A DNA stretch of 64,000 nt from Eledone cirrhosa (GCA_964016885.1 OZ024740.1:353648001-353712000); one strand, 5' to 3'; counted from the first letter of the stretch, positions 28,913 through 43,737 are shown. Numbers and translations: made by a program. Notes: generated by a model not told the origin, from the letters alone.

Positions 28913-29043
28913 GGGCGGTGGATTGGCAGTATCGGTGGAGGGTCGGACGCCTTGCTTTCCAGCATAGTTACGTCCCTTTACGATCTGAGATCAAATCCCG
29001 CCGAGGTTGACTTTGCTTTTCATCCTTACGGGGTCGATAAAAT
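28913..29043 (+). mobile_element. SINE family A, 3'-truncated
   Basis: Consensus head and core. Confidence 0.8.
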
Positions 29044-29496
29044 TAATTATCTATATCTATATTTACATATAATATAAAAGATTGGAACTTCCATCATCCT
29101 TTTGAGAAACGTGGAACAACCACGTCTATGCGATGATACACGTTTTACAGTCAGACAGAAGATGAACCATCTCCTAGAGGTCACTATTATAGGTGGGAGC
29201 ACCTAGAATTGTTCATATACTATGCACAAACGGTACAACGAAGAATCTGGTATATCTGGAAGATTTTTTTTTACTGTTTTCTGTATCACACAGACACCAC
29301 GGACTCGCCTCATACTGTAACCAGACAAACATCCAATACAGTCATTTTCTCTTTTACCTGTCTTTTCTTATCATCTGTTTACCCGGGTGAAGCTGGGTAC
29401 GTCAGCTAGTAATCTTAATTTAAACAACTTTCCGTCAAGACTAATATTTTCCTTAAGCGTTCTTCAGATCAATTTAATCTTATTAGTTACTTAAGT

Positions 29497-29695
29497 CGGA
29501 GGTAGATTGGCGGAGTGGATAGAGCGTCAGACAAATGTTTATCAGTATTTGTTTCGACTCTTTACGTTCCGAGTTCAAATCCTGCCGAGGTCAACTTTGC
29601 CTTTCATCCTTCTGGAGTCGATAAAATTAAGAACCAGTCAAGTACTGGAGTCGATATAATCTACTTTCCTTTTCTCTCTGAATTAGAAACCATTA
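29497..29695 (+). mobile_element. SINE family A, older subfamily
   Basis: Diverged head; core gagttcaaat...gaggtcaactttgcctttcatcc retained. Confidence 0.75.
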
Positions 29696-30207
29696 CTTAC
29701 GTAACTACGTTTTTTCACCTACGTAAGCTTAAAATACACTCAGCGAGACTAACTGTATGTTTATTATACGTAAACATATTGTATAACATCTTATATATGC
29801 CTTTATTCTGTATTACGCTGTGTTAGCTCTATCGCTAATTAATAATAGCCGCTCAAACTTGTATTGTATGTAAATGAACCTTCAACAAGAATAGTATATG
29901 TACAAAATCTATAAGATTCACGGTATCTGGAAGCAAGTAAGCGAGTGCCTACGACGTGTAATGACTCTGAAATACATGTGTACGCTGCCCATAGCTCGAT
30001 ACCGAGAACGTTATGATATAATCGCAGTTCAAAATACTCAGTGACACTAAATGTATGTATTATACATAAACATATTGTATATGGGTAAATATACGGTTCT
30101 AAATCATCCTGTGTTAGTGTTATTCCCAACTAAAATGATTTAGCTCCAGCTTTATAGCTTTCAAGGCAGTAAATCTCTCATAACTCCATCAGGATTTAAG
30201 AGACAAA

Positions 30208-31040
30208 TAATTGTTTCTACTTTTGGCACAAAGCCAGCATTTACCCCAGTGCATTGCTGGTGCTTTATTTTATCGATCCCGTAAGGATGAAAGGCAAAGC
30301 TAAGCTCGGCGGGATTTGAACTCAGACCGTAAAGGGTCGTAACTCTATGCCGCAAAGCATGGCGTCCGACCCTCTACCAATACTGCCGATCCATCGCCTT
30401 GAGACAAATAATTGTTTCTTCTTTAGGCACAAAGCCAGTAATTACCCAGTACATTACTGGTACTTTATTTTATCGACCCCGTAAGGATGAAAGGCAAAGT
30501 TAACCTCAGCGGGATTTGAACTCAGACTGTAAAGGGACGTAACTATGCTATAAAGCATGGCGTCCGACCCTCTACCGATACTGCCAAATAATGAAATATA
30601 GTGTGCTTCACTTTCACTGATAGTGTACACAGGACACGTCGATGGAGTGGTAGGAGCGGTACTGTGGTAAACAAAACTCCTTGTATTATTGGCAGTATAC
30701 CGCCGATCTTAGCTTTGCCTTTCATCTTTATGAGGTCGATAAAACAAAGTACCAGTAATGCACTGGGGTCGATTTAATCGACTTTTCCCTCCCTCAAAAT
30801 TGCTGGCCTTGTGCCTATAGTAGAAATCATTATTGGCAGTATCGGTAGAGCGTCAAATAACCTGCTTCGCAGCATAGTGTTACATTCTATTACGTTCTGA
30901 GTTCAAACACCGCTGAGGTTAGCTTTGCCTTTGATCATTATAGGGTCGATAAAATAAAGTACCAGTAATGTACTGGGATCGATTTAATCGACTTTCCCCC
31001 TCCACAAAATTTGCTGGCCTTGTTCTTAAATTAGAAACCA
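30208..31040. mobile_element. Cluster of SINE family A copies (two minus, two plus)
   Basis: Head-to-tail minus dimer 30208-30588; plus copies 30690-31040. Confidence 0.8.
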
Positions 31041-31076
31041 TTATCTATTGATCTTTCTTTACAGGAGATCCATCTT

Positions 31077-32612
31077 TCCATCATCCATCAATTCATTCAT
31101 CTAGCCAGCCTTCCACCCAACCATCCATCCAGCCTTCCACCCAACCATCCAGCCAGCCTTCCAACCATCCATCCAGCCTTCCACCCAACCATCCATCCAG
31201 CCTTCCACCCAACCATCCAGCCAGCCTTCCACCCAACCATCCATCCAGCCTTCCACCCAACCATCCAGCCAGCCTTCCAACCATCCATCCAGCCTTCCAC
31301 CCAACCATCCAGCCAGCCTTCCACCCAACCATCCATCCAGCCTTCCACCCAACCATCCAGCCTTCCACCCAACCATCCATCCAGCCTTCCACCCAACCAT
31401 CCAGCCAGCCTTCCACCCAACCATCCAGCCAGCCTTCCACCCAACCATCCATCCAGCCTTCCACCCATCCATCCAGCCAGCCTTCCAACCATCCATCCAG
31501 CCTTCCACCCAACCATCCAGCCAGCCTTCCACCCAACCATCCATCCAGCCTTCCACCCATCCATCCAGCCAGCCTTCCACCCAACCATCCATCCAGCCTT
31601 CCACCCAACCATCCATCCAGCCTTCCACCCAACCATCCATCCAGCCTTCCACCCATCCATCCAGCCAGCCTTCCACCCAACCATCCATCCAGCCTTCCAC
31701 CCAACCATCCATCCAGCCTTCCACCCAACCATCCATCCAGCCTTCCACCCAACCATCCAGCCAGCCTTCCAACCATCCATCCAGCCTTCCACCCAACCAT
31801 CCATCCAGCCTTCCACCCAACCATCCAGCCAGCCTTCCACCCAACCATCCATCCAGCCTTCCACCCAACCATCCAGCCAGCCTTCCAACCATCCATCCAG
31901 CCTTCCACCCAACCATCCAGCCAGCCTTCCACCCAACCATCCATCCAGCCTTCCACCCAACCATCCAGCCTTCCACCCAACCATCCATCCAGCCTTCCAC
32001 CCAACCATCCAGCCAGCCTTCCACCCAACCATCCAGCCAGCCTTCCACCCAACCATCCATCCAGCCTTCCACCCATCCATCCAGCCAGCCTTCCAACCAT
32101 CCATCCAGCCTTCCACCCAACCATCCAGCCAGCCTTCCACCCAACCATCCATCCAGCCTTCCACCCATCCATCCAGCCAGCCTTCCACCCAACCATCCAT
32201 CCAGCCTTCCACCCAACCATCCATCCAGCCTTCCACCCAACCATCCATCCAGCCTTCCACCCATCCATCCAGCCAGCCTTCCACCCAACCATCCATCCAG
32301 CCTTCCACCCAACCATCCATCCAGCCTTCCACCCAACCATCCATCCAGCCTTCCACCCAACCATCCATCCAGCCTTCCACCCATCCATCCAGCCAGCCTT
32401 CCACCCAACCATCCATCCAGCCTTCCACCCAACCATCCATCCAGCCTTCCACCCATCCATCCAGCCAGCCTTCCACCCAACCATCCAGCCATCCTTCCAC
32501 CCAACCATCCAGCCAGCCTTCCACCCAACCATCCATCCAGCCTTCCACCCAACCATCCATCCAGCCTTCCACCCAACCATCCATCCAGCCTTCCACCCAA
32601 CCATCCAGCCAG
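31077..32612. repeat. Minisatellite, ~24-bp unit CCATCCA(T/G)CCAGCCTTCCACCCA(A/T)
   Basis: About 1.5 kb built from CCNN tetramers, with 20-bp deletion variants. Confidence 0.95.
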
Positions 32613-32649
32613 CTTTTCTTTTTCCGATTTGTATAATTGTGTGTGCGTA

Positions 32650-32845
32650 TAGTGGTGGTAGTGGTGTGTATATATGAGTGCATGAGAGTTTGTAGGTGTG
32701 TGTATACTTGTATGTGTGGTGGTAGTGGTGTGTATATATGAGTGCATGAGAGTTTGTAGGTGTGTGTATACTTGTATGTGTGGTGGTAGTGGTGTGTATA
32801 TATGAGTGCATGAGAGTTTGTAGGTGTGTGTATACTTGTATGTGT
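32650..32845. repeat. ~64-bp tandem repeat x3
   Basis: gtggtggtagtggtgtgtatatatgagtgcatgagagtttgtaggtgtgtgtatacttgtatgt repeated. Confidence 0.9.
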
Positions 32846-32916
32846 GTGACTGTATCAGTGCAAAACTCTGAATGTATTTATGTTAATGTACGTGTCTATA
32901 TACATAAGTATGATGT

Positions 32917-33052
32917 GAAGGTGCGTGGCTTAGTGGTTAAGGCGTTTGGCACATGATCGTAAAGTATTGATTCTCGGTGTTGTGTTGTGTCTTTGAGGAA
33001 GACACTTTATTTTACGTTGCTCAAATCTACTCGGCTGGCAAAAATGAGTTCT
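32917..33052 (+). mobile_element. SINE family B, diverged
   Basis: gaaggtgcgtggcttagtggttaa...gtctttgaggaagacactttattttacgttgctc. Confidence 0.65.
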
Positions 33053-33189
33053 AACACACGCAATCTCACACACAAACACAGACGCACACACACACACAAA
33101 TACACACACACACACACAATCTCTCTCATTCAAACACACACACAAATACACACACACAATTTTTCTCTATCTCTCACTCACACACACAC

Positions 33190-33233
<44 letters not shown>

Positions 33234-33555
33234 TCACATATACCTGTATCCTGTATGTATCGGTGAGAGTGTGTGTAGATACATAAGAATATTACGGAAG
33301 CTATAATATTTGTAAATAACAATAATTCTCTAATGATCCATAGATCTGATACCATCTGATTGAAAACATACTGCTCATTAAGTTTTTCATGCTGTTTACA
33401 GGAAAATGGCTGTGTATAGTTAATACTAAAATCTCTTTTGAAACGAAATGTCCCGCAGATAATTTTTATTAAGACACATACACAGGATTAAACTTCATTC
33501 CGAACCAAATATTGGAACAGAGAAGAAATCCAACCTTGATTAAAAATAAAAAAAA

Positions 33556-33748
33556 ATATATATATATGTATATCTAAACTATATATATATATATATGTGT
33601 ATATCTAAACTATATATATATATATATATGTATATCTAAACTATATATATATATATATGTGTATATCTAAACTATATATATATATATATGTGTATATCTA
33701 AACTATATATATATATATATATGTGTATATCTAAACTATATATATATA
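33556..33748. repeat. ~30-bp tandem repeat (TGTATATCTAAAC + (TA)n) x6
   Basis: Directly visible. Confidence 0.9.
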
Positions 33749-33843
33749 AAAAAAGATTCAATGAATTTTAGTTCAGTAAGATTAATTAAAAGTCAAAATT
33801 TCAGTTCCTTAAACAATATCAGCCAAAATAACTATATATTCGT

Positions 33844-33974
33844 CTACTACTACTACTACTACTACTACTACCAACACCACCACAACCACCACCACTACTA
33901 CAATTATTATTACTACTACTGCTACCAACACCACCACCACCACCACCACCACCACCACCACCACCACCACCACC

Positions 33975-34026
<52 letters not shown>
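33844..34026. repeat. (CTA)n/(CCA)n trinucleotide repeat
   Basis: Directly visible; similar tracts at 36375-36445, 53100-53190, 56548-56868 and 57120-57263. Confidence 0.9.
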
Positions 34027-34679
34027 TGAAGTTGTTGGTGATCATGTTGATGATTATGTTGTTATTGATGATGATGACGATGATAATGATCGTTATAATT
34101 ACTTTCAAGAACATCTAATAGGAAATAAAAAAGATATTTCGAAAATTGTAATAAAAAACGCTGGGAAGAGCACGAACTGATGGAATAGCCAAGCTCCTGA
34201 TGTACTGTTTGAGGAAATTAGTACGAATAGAGATAAATAGTAATATGTATGTTAAAAATAAACGGAAAACAACACAGCAAAGCAATACAGTACATTGAAG
34301 TTATGTTTATATATTAGTTTAACGCTTGGTATAACAGGAAAATCTCTTTCGCATTTCTTCTCTCTCACTTTCTTTTTTTCTGGAAGAAATCTGTTGTACT
34401 CAGGCCTGGAGAGGGATGGGCTCCGCCAGGCTTAAAATGCCCAAGAAACGCCGTATGTCAATACGGCGCTCCTACGATCTTTTCGGGAGTTACGGGACCA
34501 CACATAATAGGTAAAGAGTTTGAACGTTTCGGACGTTAGTCTTTCTCCAGAAGATAGAATCAGAAATAAAAGAAAAAAAGAGAAAGACAGGGGAAAGTGA
34601 AAAGAGGAAGAAAGAAAAAAAATTTGAGAAAAACAACGTATCCGAACCAGACATAGCAATTTTTTTTCGTTTTGGCATG

Positions 34680-35720
34680 TAGCAGTCACATATGTATGAA
34701 AGTGACCCTCTTCCCGCCACCAGTCTTATCCAAGGTTGATACACAGCTTGGCATCAGTTGCAGGCGCCAACTCCATTTTCAAATGAATCTTGAAAAGTTC
34801 AATGAGAGCTTGACCACAGAAGATAGTGTTTGTCTTCAATCTTTTCAGCTTATTCCACAATGCAACCGCTTTCGCCACCTGGCTGAAGAAAACTGCCTAC
34901 CTTTTCTGCTTAAAAGAGGACAGTGAAGCGATACTTCCGAAGGACTTTGTTGATAACCTGATCCGTTCTACACGTAACAATAGTTATCCAACATAAGACC
35001 GTATGTCAGTAATGCTCAGTCTCTGAATGGATGTGTGTAGAACGGTTTTGTTGCACTGCGCACATCACGGACATATCCGTCTGTAAATACTTCTATGCCC
35101 GTAGGATTTACCTCGAACCATTAATGACCCCTCCACTCCGATAGCATATTCAGGAAGTTATCTTTAGTTCAGGAAGTTATCTTTAGTTCCAGGACAGAAA
35201 ATCTAGAAATGACAAATCAGTTAATTTTCTTCAACCCCTTCCCCCGAGAATGTCGTAGTTCTTCCTCACAGCTGGCCCTCTATAGATTGCTAACATAGAA
35301 CTTTCACCGATCGAAATGCCTGATTAGTAGAGAGCTGTGAGTGTCTAACAGCATCTCAGATGCCAAGCGTTCAGTTTTGGTCTTGATTTCATGCAGAGTT
35401 GCAGCTTCGTCCAGGAAATTAGCTGCAGTAAAAACAAACGTGCCTATCAAAATGTGACCGCACTCGCCTATCGTTTAGGAATCTGTAGCTACCGCTGTCT
35501 CAGCGATTGTTTGTGCACACACAACAGCAGAATGACGCGCCCACCGCTCAGAGCCTGTTAGCAGCAGATGGGACCACTTGATTAGTGGAAAGCACCCATT
35601 TTACAATAAGCAGATGAGCAGATGCTGCAATCTGGTGAGACGAAAACTGGAGAAATACACGACGATCAGACAGTTTATTTTGACGGAGGTGATGTCAGCG
35701 TTCGTCACTTCTGCCCAACC
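34680..35720 (-). mobile_element. Highly decayed L1/Tx1-related LINE fragment
   Basis: Patchy similarity to 5150-6130 (tcttgaaaagtt, gataacctgatccgttctacacg, cagcagatgggacca). Confidence 0.6.
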
Positions 35721-36374
35721 TTCCAAAAACAATTGTGTATGTAGTCCTGAAGTAAACTAATAATACATTTCGAAATGCGATCGTCTTACTAAGATTTTCC
35801 TGAAAAATACCCGTTTAAATGTTCCATGTAATTTACTAAGCTTGCAGAGGAGCCAGTTATACATATAGGTGTGAAAATATTCTCGTTTGACATAAACCGT
35901 ATGCGTAATGTAATTGTTGTGTAATGTTGTGTAATGTAATCCGTCAGTGTAATTGTTGTTGACAATACAGTTGTGGCATTTGAGCTAGTATGTTGGGGAC
36001 TGGAAAATATTGCGTTCTTTCTTTTTTCTCTGTGTTCAACATCAATTTTTAGAAGTGCAACTAATTTCTTATTTTTTTTCAAAGACTATTTTCTGTTTAT
36101 GGACTGTGTTATTTTGTCCATTTTCCGTTTTTATCTTTTTACGGAGGCGAGGTTCGGGATTTTCACAGATTCTGTGTACATGATATAAAGATAAAATAAA
36201 ATTTGACTAAAAAAAAAAAAGACACGTTTTATTTTTTTTTTAGTCTGACCCCTGTATGGGTAGACTTTTCACAACTTCGAAGCTTTTTTGGGAAGTTCAA
36301 TAATACTCTATTCTATGAAGAAAATATTTCGTCGAACGACATGAAAAAAGAAACAAAACATCAGATTAACACAG

Positions 36375-36419
<45 letters not shown>

Positions 36420-36747
36420 CACCGCCACCACCACCACTACTACTAGTACTGATGACGACTATGATGATCAAGTGATAATGATAATAATGAGGACTTCTGA
36501 TGAACGTAAATATATTGTCTCGACATTATGGTAAGCACTTAGAACCACAGGATAAAAAGTTGCCAGTGAGACGACATCAATAAACAAATCTGTTTTAAGA
36601 AATGTAATGTAAGTTATACATTTAGTTTGTAGACAAAACGTTATTGTTACGGATGTCTACTGATATCATACTACAGTTAAACAAGCCAGTATGCAAAGAC
36701 AACGATAACAATATAAAATTCAATACAATCAACTCGAAAAATAAACA

Positions 36748-36811
<64 letters not shown>

Positions 36812-36841
36812 TATTTATTATATATATATACACACATTATT

Positions 36842-36883
<42 letters not shown>

Positions 36884-36887
36884 TATT

Positions 36888-36944
<57 letters not shown>

Positions 36945-36945
36945 T

Positions 36946-36981
<36 letters not shown>

Positions 36982-38144
36982 GAAATAGGATATATATATA
37001 TGACAGAAGGGGAAAATATATTTTTCAATCGGTTTCTAGTAAGAAGAAAAATTGTAATTTTAATGTGTTTACTCTACATATAATATAATATAAGAATACA
37101 AACCATTGAAATGCGTGTCTCTGACTAATACACTTATCTCCCATCTCCCCTAAATTTGAAGTAGATAATGTATGGTGATCTAATTCCTTTATATATGTAG
37201 TGACGACACTGTAGAGTCAACAAGTGATTTGTTGGCTTGTAATACTTAGTTAAATTCTTGCAGAAAAAATAGCTACTAACAACAGATTAGAGTCCTACCC
37301 ACAGGAGATATATTTTCCATTTATATGTCAGAAATCCGAGATTGAAATAACAAACTGATATACAAAAGATATTTCCACATTGCAACTATTATCCAACTAT
37401 TCCAGCATAAAGAAAACACAACAGAACAAAAAATGCGTGTAATTTATATATAGTCACAATTCTAATACCCTGGAATTATTTTGAAAGCTTTAAAAGTTTA
37501 AGATTAGTGAGATGAAGGAACTATTGTATTGCTTGTGAGTGTAATACGTCAGATATAGTAGATATATATTCATGTAAACAAAATTACAACACAGAACTCA
37601 AAAGCCAAAGGTACAAAATGGAACCTTACAATACTATATTAATAAACAATTGCAGAAAACACCACAAATACACAGACGCTTATGACACAATTAATTATAA
37701 AGATAAGCAAAGAAATAATACTTTCTTATATTTTGATACAGGAGAAAATGGGGAACGTTTTCCACCCTAGGGAACTAGAAACAAAAATACATTTAAATAG
37801 CTTCTAGTGGGAATCGAATCGTGATATTGACTCAGTATATAGCTGCGTGTTTAATTTTTATTCTACTGTTACTCCATTTCCAGAGAAAAGAAAGTAGGTG
37901 ACCTAAAATATTTGAAGAGTGTCCCGACAATAAACATTTAGAAATAAATGAAAGACATCAAAACACAACAGATTGTAACTCAGCCCACATAATAGGTCGG
38001 AATAGAATTTCTTCAAATCTAACAGAAAACTAGTTAGCTAATGAAAACACACGAGGAAATAGGCTGAATATTCCGAGGCTACAAGGGGGGGGGGGGGACT
38101 ACGATTATAAAAAAATAAATAAAGAAAAACAATAAAATAATAAT

Positions 38145-38585
38145 AATGGTTTCTGATTTAGGCACAATGCCAACAACTTTTGGGGAGGGGAAAGTCGATT
38201 AAATTGCATTACTGGCACTTTATTTTATCAACATGATAATAATTGTCTCTACTTTAGGCACATGGCTAAAAATTTTGGGGAGGGGAAAGTTGATTAAATT
38301 GATCCAGTGCATTACTGGTACTTTATTTTATCAACAACATAATAATAATAATTGTTTCTACTTTTGGCACAAGGCCAGCAATTATCCAAGTGCATTACTG
38401 GTACTTTATTTTATCGACCCCGTAAGGATGAAAGGCAAAGTTAACCTCATAACAACATAATAATAATAATTGTTTCTATTTTAGGCACAAGGCCAGCAAT
38501 TACTCAGTACATTACTGGTACTTTATTTTATCGACCCCGTAAGGATGAAAGGCAAAGTTAACCTCGGCGGGATTTGAACTCAGAA
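38145..38585 (-). mobile_element. Tandem array of SINE family A 3' fragments separated by (AAT)n
   Basis: Four successive units (ttgtttctac...ggcacaaggccagcaatt...ctggtactttatttta). Confidence 0.8.
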
Positions 38586-39235
38586 TAATAATAATAATAA
38601 AAACAAATTGTACTATTATAATACAATTTCACAAACACAAATTTCAGAACCATCAGCAGCAGCATCCCTGATATAGCCACAACAGCAAATATGCTTAAAC
38701 ACTTTACAACACTTACTGTAACTTCACAACTACTACCTACTTCAAACCACCAGTCATATCATTAAACCACCATCAACAACATCATTAACATTGCAAAATG
38801 AATAAATAGATAAATAAATAAATTCGACCACCGCCACCACTACCGCCAACCTTAACTACACAGAACTAACCCTACGAACCCTCTCCAACGATAAGGATGG
38901 GACGTTACGATATAAAAGTCTAAATACCATGTGGTCTAATTAAGTTGTTGACATTTATCGAAACAAACTAATGATAATGGTTGGGGATATTTTAAGCTTT
39001 ATCTCTGTTTTATCTACAGTTCCCAACCCAATTTAATGAATTTTGTAGAGCAAACATTCTTCATCTGTTTTATTTTTCGTAAAGGAGATGAATTGGAGTT
39101 GAACAGTTGTTAACGATGTGTTTTCTTAAATTTTATCTTATTTTATTTTAATGAACATACGTGATGTTTAAATGAGTGATTTGATGTGTCAACCATTTTT
39201 TACAAATATGTATTTCGTGGAGAGAAGTGAAGTAG

Positions 39236-39301
<66 letters not shown>

Positions 39302-41104
39302 CAAAATAAGAGGAAATAATACACAAAAATATACCTATTTTATCTTCAAAGTCCCACATGTTCAGTTTCACTGATCTATATGCAACAATTGTGCATTATA
39401 GAAATGCACCATCGTTGTGAGGCAAATCAGCTTTTCAAGGAACACCTCTGAGAAAAGGACTGCTTTCCCCGACGCGCATGTAGCAAGTGAGAAAATCTCT
39501 ATAGGCGGAGGGAGGAATTAACTCGTCATACATCGGTCAAGAAAAATATATAATAGACATTTTTCTCATATATGGGGGCGGCACGAACATGACTTTTTAG
39601 CTTTGCCAAGGACTTAGAGCATATGCTGTAGCGAAAGAGATAAGACAAGGCCATGCTCATGCAACATACGTGAAAGTCATTTAGATCAAGGGATACCTTT
39701 GCTTCAAGCTTTTCTAAGTGAAGGAAGGCCTTACTTGGACAAATCCCACTCTCTGAACAACAGTGACAGGTATCCAAATAGTACAGGCCAACATCATTCG
39801 CTGCCATCGAGTCGGAGGTTTTACATCAGAGTTTTATTTTTCTTAGAATGATGTCCTAACAAGAACTAGGGGTCTCATTCACGGTGGGCTAACCCTACGC
39901 TCGGTTAAAGGACAATCATGGTTAAGAAATGGACGAAAAAAGGATACGACATTTTGGAAAAAGCTCCAAAATAATCGACTTTAACTCGAAAGACGATAGA
40001 ATTGCCAGCTTTGTCATGTATAACGACATCCTTGGTCATCTGGATGATAGTCTAGAAAGAGTTGTGGTTCTAGGTAAAAAGTATTCAGCCTATAGGTGTG
40101 GGTGAGTGTCTCTAAATATTTCAGACCATGTTCTTCGCTTGAACCGCTGCAGCACAGCATTGAACGAAACACTTATGAAATTTTTGAGTTTTGGTTGTGT
40201 GTGACACGTGGAGCAAGTGTTAAAGGCTGGTTTCAGTTATTTCAGGAGCGTCATGGATAAAGTACAAGTAACAGCAAGGATATTTAGCATAGAACTGACA
40301 AAAATCCATCCTGTCTACTGACTTGAACCACTATGGGGTCATGGAGTTTGGATTCGCTGAATAGAATGTGTGGTTGGTAGTCACAATAAGACAAGGAACA
40401 GGCGGCACTATTTATGTAGAGATCAATGATCTGCTAGAAGGTTGGATATGTAGGATAGAAGAGAAATAGATGAACGATGTTTGGAGCGTCCGTTTGTTGA
40501 TCAGTGATGCGCATTGAGAAAGAAACTAGTAGATGTGGAGAGGTGAGGGTTGTGAAAAATAAGTATAAGTTAAATCCGAGAGCCAAGAAGATTCGTGAGT
40601 GTTAGATGCATTGAGAATGATGACCGAGGAATATGTGTGATGGTTAAATGAGTTCAGAGAGTGGCATACGAGGCGAGGATTTTGGGTGGTTGTGAAGGGA
40701 GAATTTGAGATAAAATAACTGAACAGTGAAGCTGCACTAAAATTATGGTTGAGATGGACTATAGATAAGTGTTGAAAAACTTGTACCCGAGAGAGAAATC
40801 GGGGACGTTGCTTGCGCGTCGGTACAACGTGATATGTGGTGTCGATGTTAGATTGGATAGGGATGCACAATTGGATGGTAGGTTTAGTATTTGGGGTTTT
40901 TGGTATCTACAGAAATGCAGAGGGCGTAGGCAAGCTCACCAGTAGATCGTTTAGATTTGAGTCTCTATCTTAAAATGATACATCTGAAGATACATAACTA
41001 CGTATTTCAGATTTTCAATAATTATATTTTATCTTATTTTAAAAGTTTACCCTATAACATTTTTTATCTGAATACAATAGAAAGGTCATATCGAAAGCAT
41101 TCTA

Positions 41105-41366
41105 ATAATGATTTCTACTATAGGCACAAGGCCAGTAATTTCTTTTTTTTTTTTGGTGGGGAAGGGAAAGTCGATTAAATCGATTCCAGTGTATTACTGG
41201 TGCTTTATTTTATCGACTCCGTAAGGATGAAAGGCAAAGCTTAACCTCGGCGGGAGAGCCATAACTCTATGCTGCAAAACATGGTGTCTACGCTCTACTG
41301 ATACTGCCAATCCACCGCCCTAGCATGGTGTCTGACGCTCTACTGTTACTGCCAATCCACCGCCCT
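41105..41366 (-). mobile_element. SINE family A with duplicated 5' head
   Basis: Consensus; head catggtgtc...ccaatccaccgccc present twice. Confidence 0.8.
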
Positions 41367-41570
41367 TTAAAGTATTCTAATAATATAAAGAAAACATTAA
41401 AGATAAAGATATATTAAGAAAAGAAGGGCAAAAGGGTAGTGATCAATAGGTCACATTTATATAGAGCTGCTTTATCAGTGAAACATTGTCATAATCGAAT
41501 AGCTACCTGGTTTCATGCAGTATGAAGGTCAGGCATATAAAGATATATATATAAATATTAAAAAACTCAC

Positions 41571-41687
41571 TTGAAGGTAGGTCTTTGCTCCCGGTGCACG
41601 TGTCTTGAAATGTACAGAAAGTATGGGGAAAATTAATATGTTTATCATTACGCCAACAGCATACCAGAATGGCCCAGCGATTCCATT
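41571..41687 (-). CDS. DUR3: DUR3-like symporter exon (not in ORF track frame)
   Basis: tttcAG|...|GTgagt; 117 nt encoding NGIAGPFWYAVGVMINILIFPILSVHFKTRAPGAKTYLQ, matching DUR3 'GI.GPFWYA...K..AP.A.T.L'; phase 0/0. Confidence 0.92.
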
Positions 41688-43591
41688 CTGAAATAAAAAA
41701 AGAAAACAACATAATTAACTCATATAGATTTTTTGCTAATACCTGAAAAATAACTAATAATTTCCTTTGAATTCAAGAGAAGATGAAGATATGAAGAATA
41801 TTAATAACACTTTAATAAAATTACAAATCTTTATTATAATGAACTTAATGTAAGTATATATATAAATGTAACCGAAACATTACCAAACCTTTCTTCCCCT
41901 TCATGTTATCTGCTTATGGTTTCGTTGCCTAACAATATATTACCCCATGTAGGTGGACGTTAAGATATATCAGCTGGTTTCGGTGTTCAACATAGTCACT
42001 GGAGCAGCTCTAATTAGATTCCCACGAAGTTGACGCTTTGGGGAGCTGGTCCACTGACAACGAGATTCTTGTCATTGTTCGTGGTCCGATGTATCAGGTA
42101 AAGCCAGCGATGGTGTTTGGTTATCCCCATTAAACCTCTCATAATAATGTTATGTAAGACCCTTTGTTCAGTTATATTGGAAACATATAAGTAAAATGCT
42201 AGTTATCATATTAAATCCCACCAAAATTCTTGATTATTTTCAAAACTCCAATAAATAAATAATGGTTTAATTAGGTTCAAGCACTCAACGTCATATGTAT
42301 CCTTCCACATCCGATGTGGTAGTCCATGATGGAGTATACGTACAATAGTGATAAAACGGTGAAGACTAGATTTACAGCAACTTAGATAATACATTTTTTA
42401 TGTAATATATTTCTAATGCGATACAGGTTATTGATAAGGGAACGGATTGTATTCGAAGTTGCTCTTTCGAAAGCCCGTCCACATGTATATAACCACCGTT
42501 TTCATAATAAATAAAGTTTATTAAAGGTAATTGTCTAACTGATAAGTAGTGTAAAATATTGCAGTGTTGAATTTATATCTTACCAAAGAAAACACTTGCC
42601 ATACAATAATATTCTCAATATATACATACACCCCAGACCAAATTACGCCTCTCAACTTTTGTACTACTTTCGCTTACATCGGAAATATGACCAAAACCGA
42701 AGAAAACACCGGATTCAAACTATTCTACCAATCTCTATAGAACTTTAGATATAAAAACATTATAAACATGAACTATACACTTCAAGATTTGCTCTGAGGC
42801 AAATGAAATAATTATAGAAACACAGGGACGACAATAAACATATACCTATCACGAAATTCGCAAATACCTTAGACAAAGTTCGCTCAACTGATGATGGCCG
42901 TGATTTTATGTCAACAGTTCATACCCTCCTTTGCAATTCCTTTTAAGTTCAGGTCTACATCACGATCGAATTACTGTCATTCAGATCGTTTTGTAAATCG
43001 ATGCCATTAGATCTTTGTCTGGGCCTATCTTTTCCTGTGTATCACCTGAAGTTACTTCTGTGCACTGTGTCACCACTTACGCTCTTACACACGTCATCTT
43101 AGTCTTGTGAATGTCCAAACTGCTTCCGTTCTTTCAGAATTTAACGCAGATGCACTCTAACGCTAGCCTGTCTGCCTTCATGGATAAATTTTCAACACAC
43201 AAGCACACACATGTATATACACAAACCTACAAGACAAGATTATCTTTACACATGAAGGACGTTGCTGCACCTTACCAAAATATAGTCTCTAGATAACTTT
43301 AAAAAACACATTAGTAAGTAAATAGATTATATAAAACAAATATTTGCACGGAATTTCTTACATACGTACTTACATACATACATACTCTTTCATATAATTA
43401 AGTATAATCATAATTTTGTTCCTATCTTGCCATAGACGACACTTTTACCCATAATACACCCCCACAAACACGTAATGGCTGTTGGCAACTGTTTTCCGTC
43501 TCTAAGATTTTCTAATGCGAACAATTATTGTTACCGTTATTTTCTGCGTTTGATTACCATATTTTAACCTTCCAAGTGCCACGATAAATCG

Positions 43592-43737
<146 letters not shown>

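Noticed and set aside
31077-32612. Possible CRISPR-like array
   Set aside because: No unique spacers, no cas genes, eukaryotic context.
31093-32811. 500+ aa [15 protein letters not shown] repeat ORFs in all three minus frames
   Set aside because: Consequence of a stop-free GGNN satellite inside an intron; all frames are open and no splice support was seen.
39430-40940. Possible old LINE remnant
   Set aside because: Too decayed to assign a clade or boundaries by eye.
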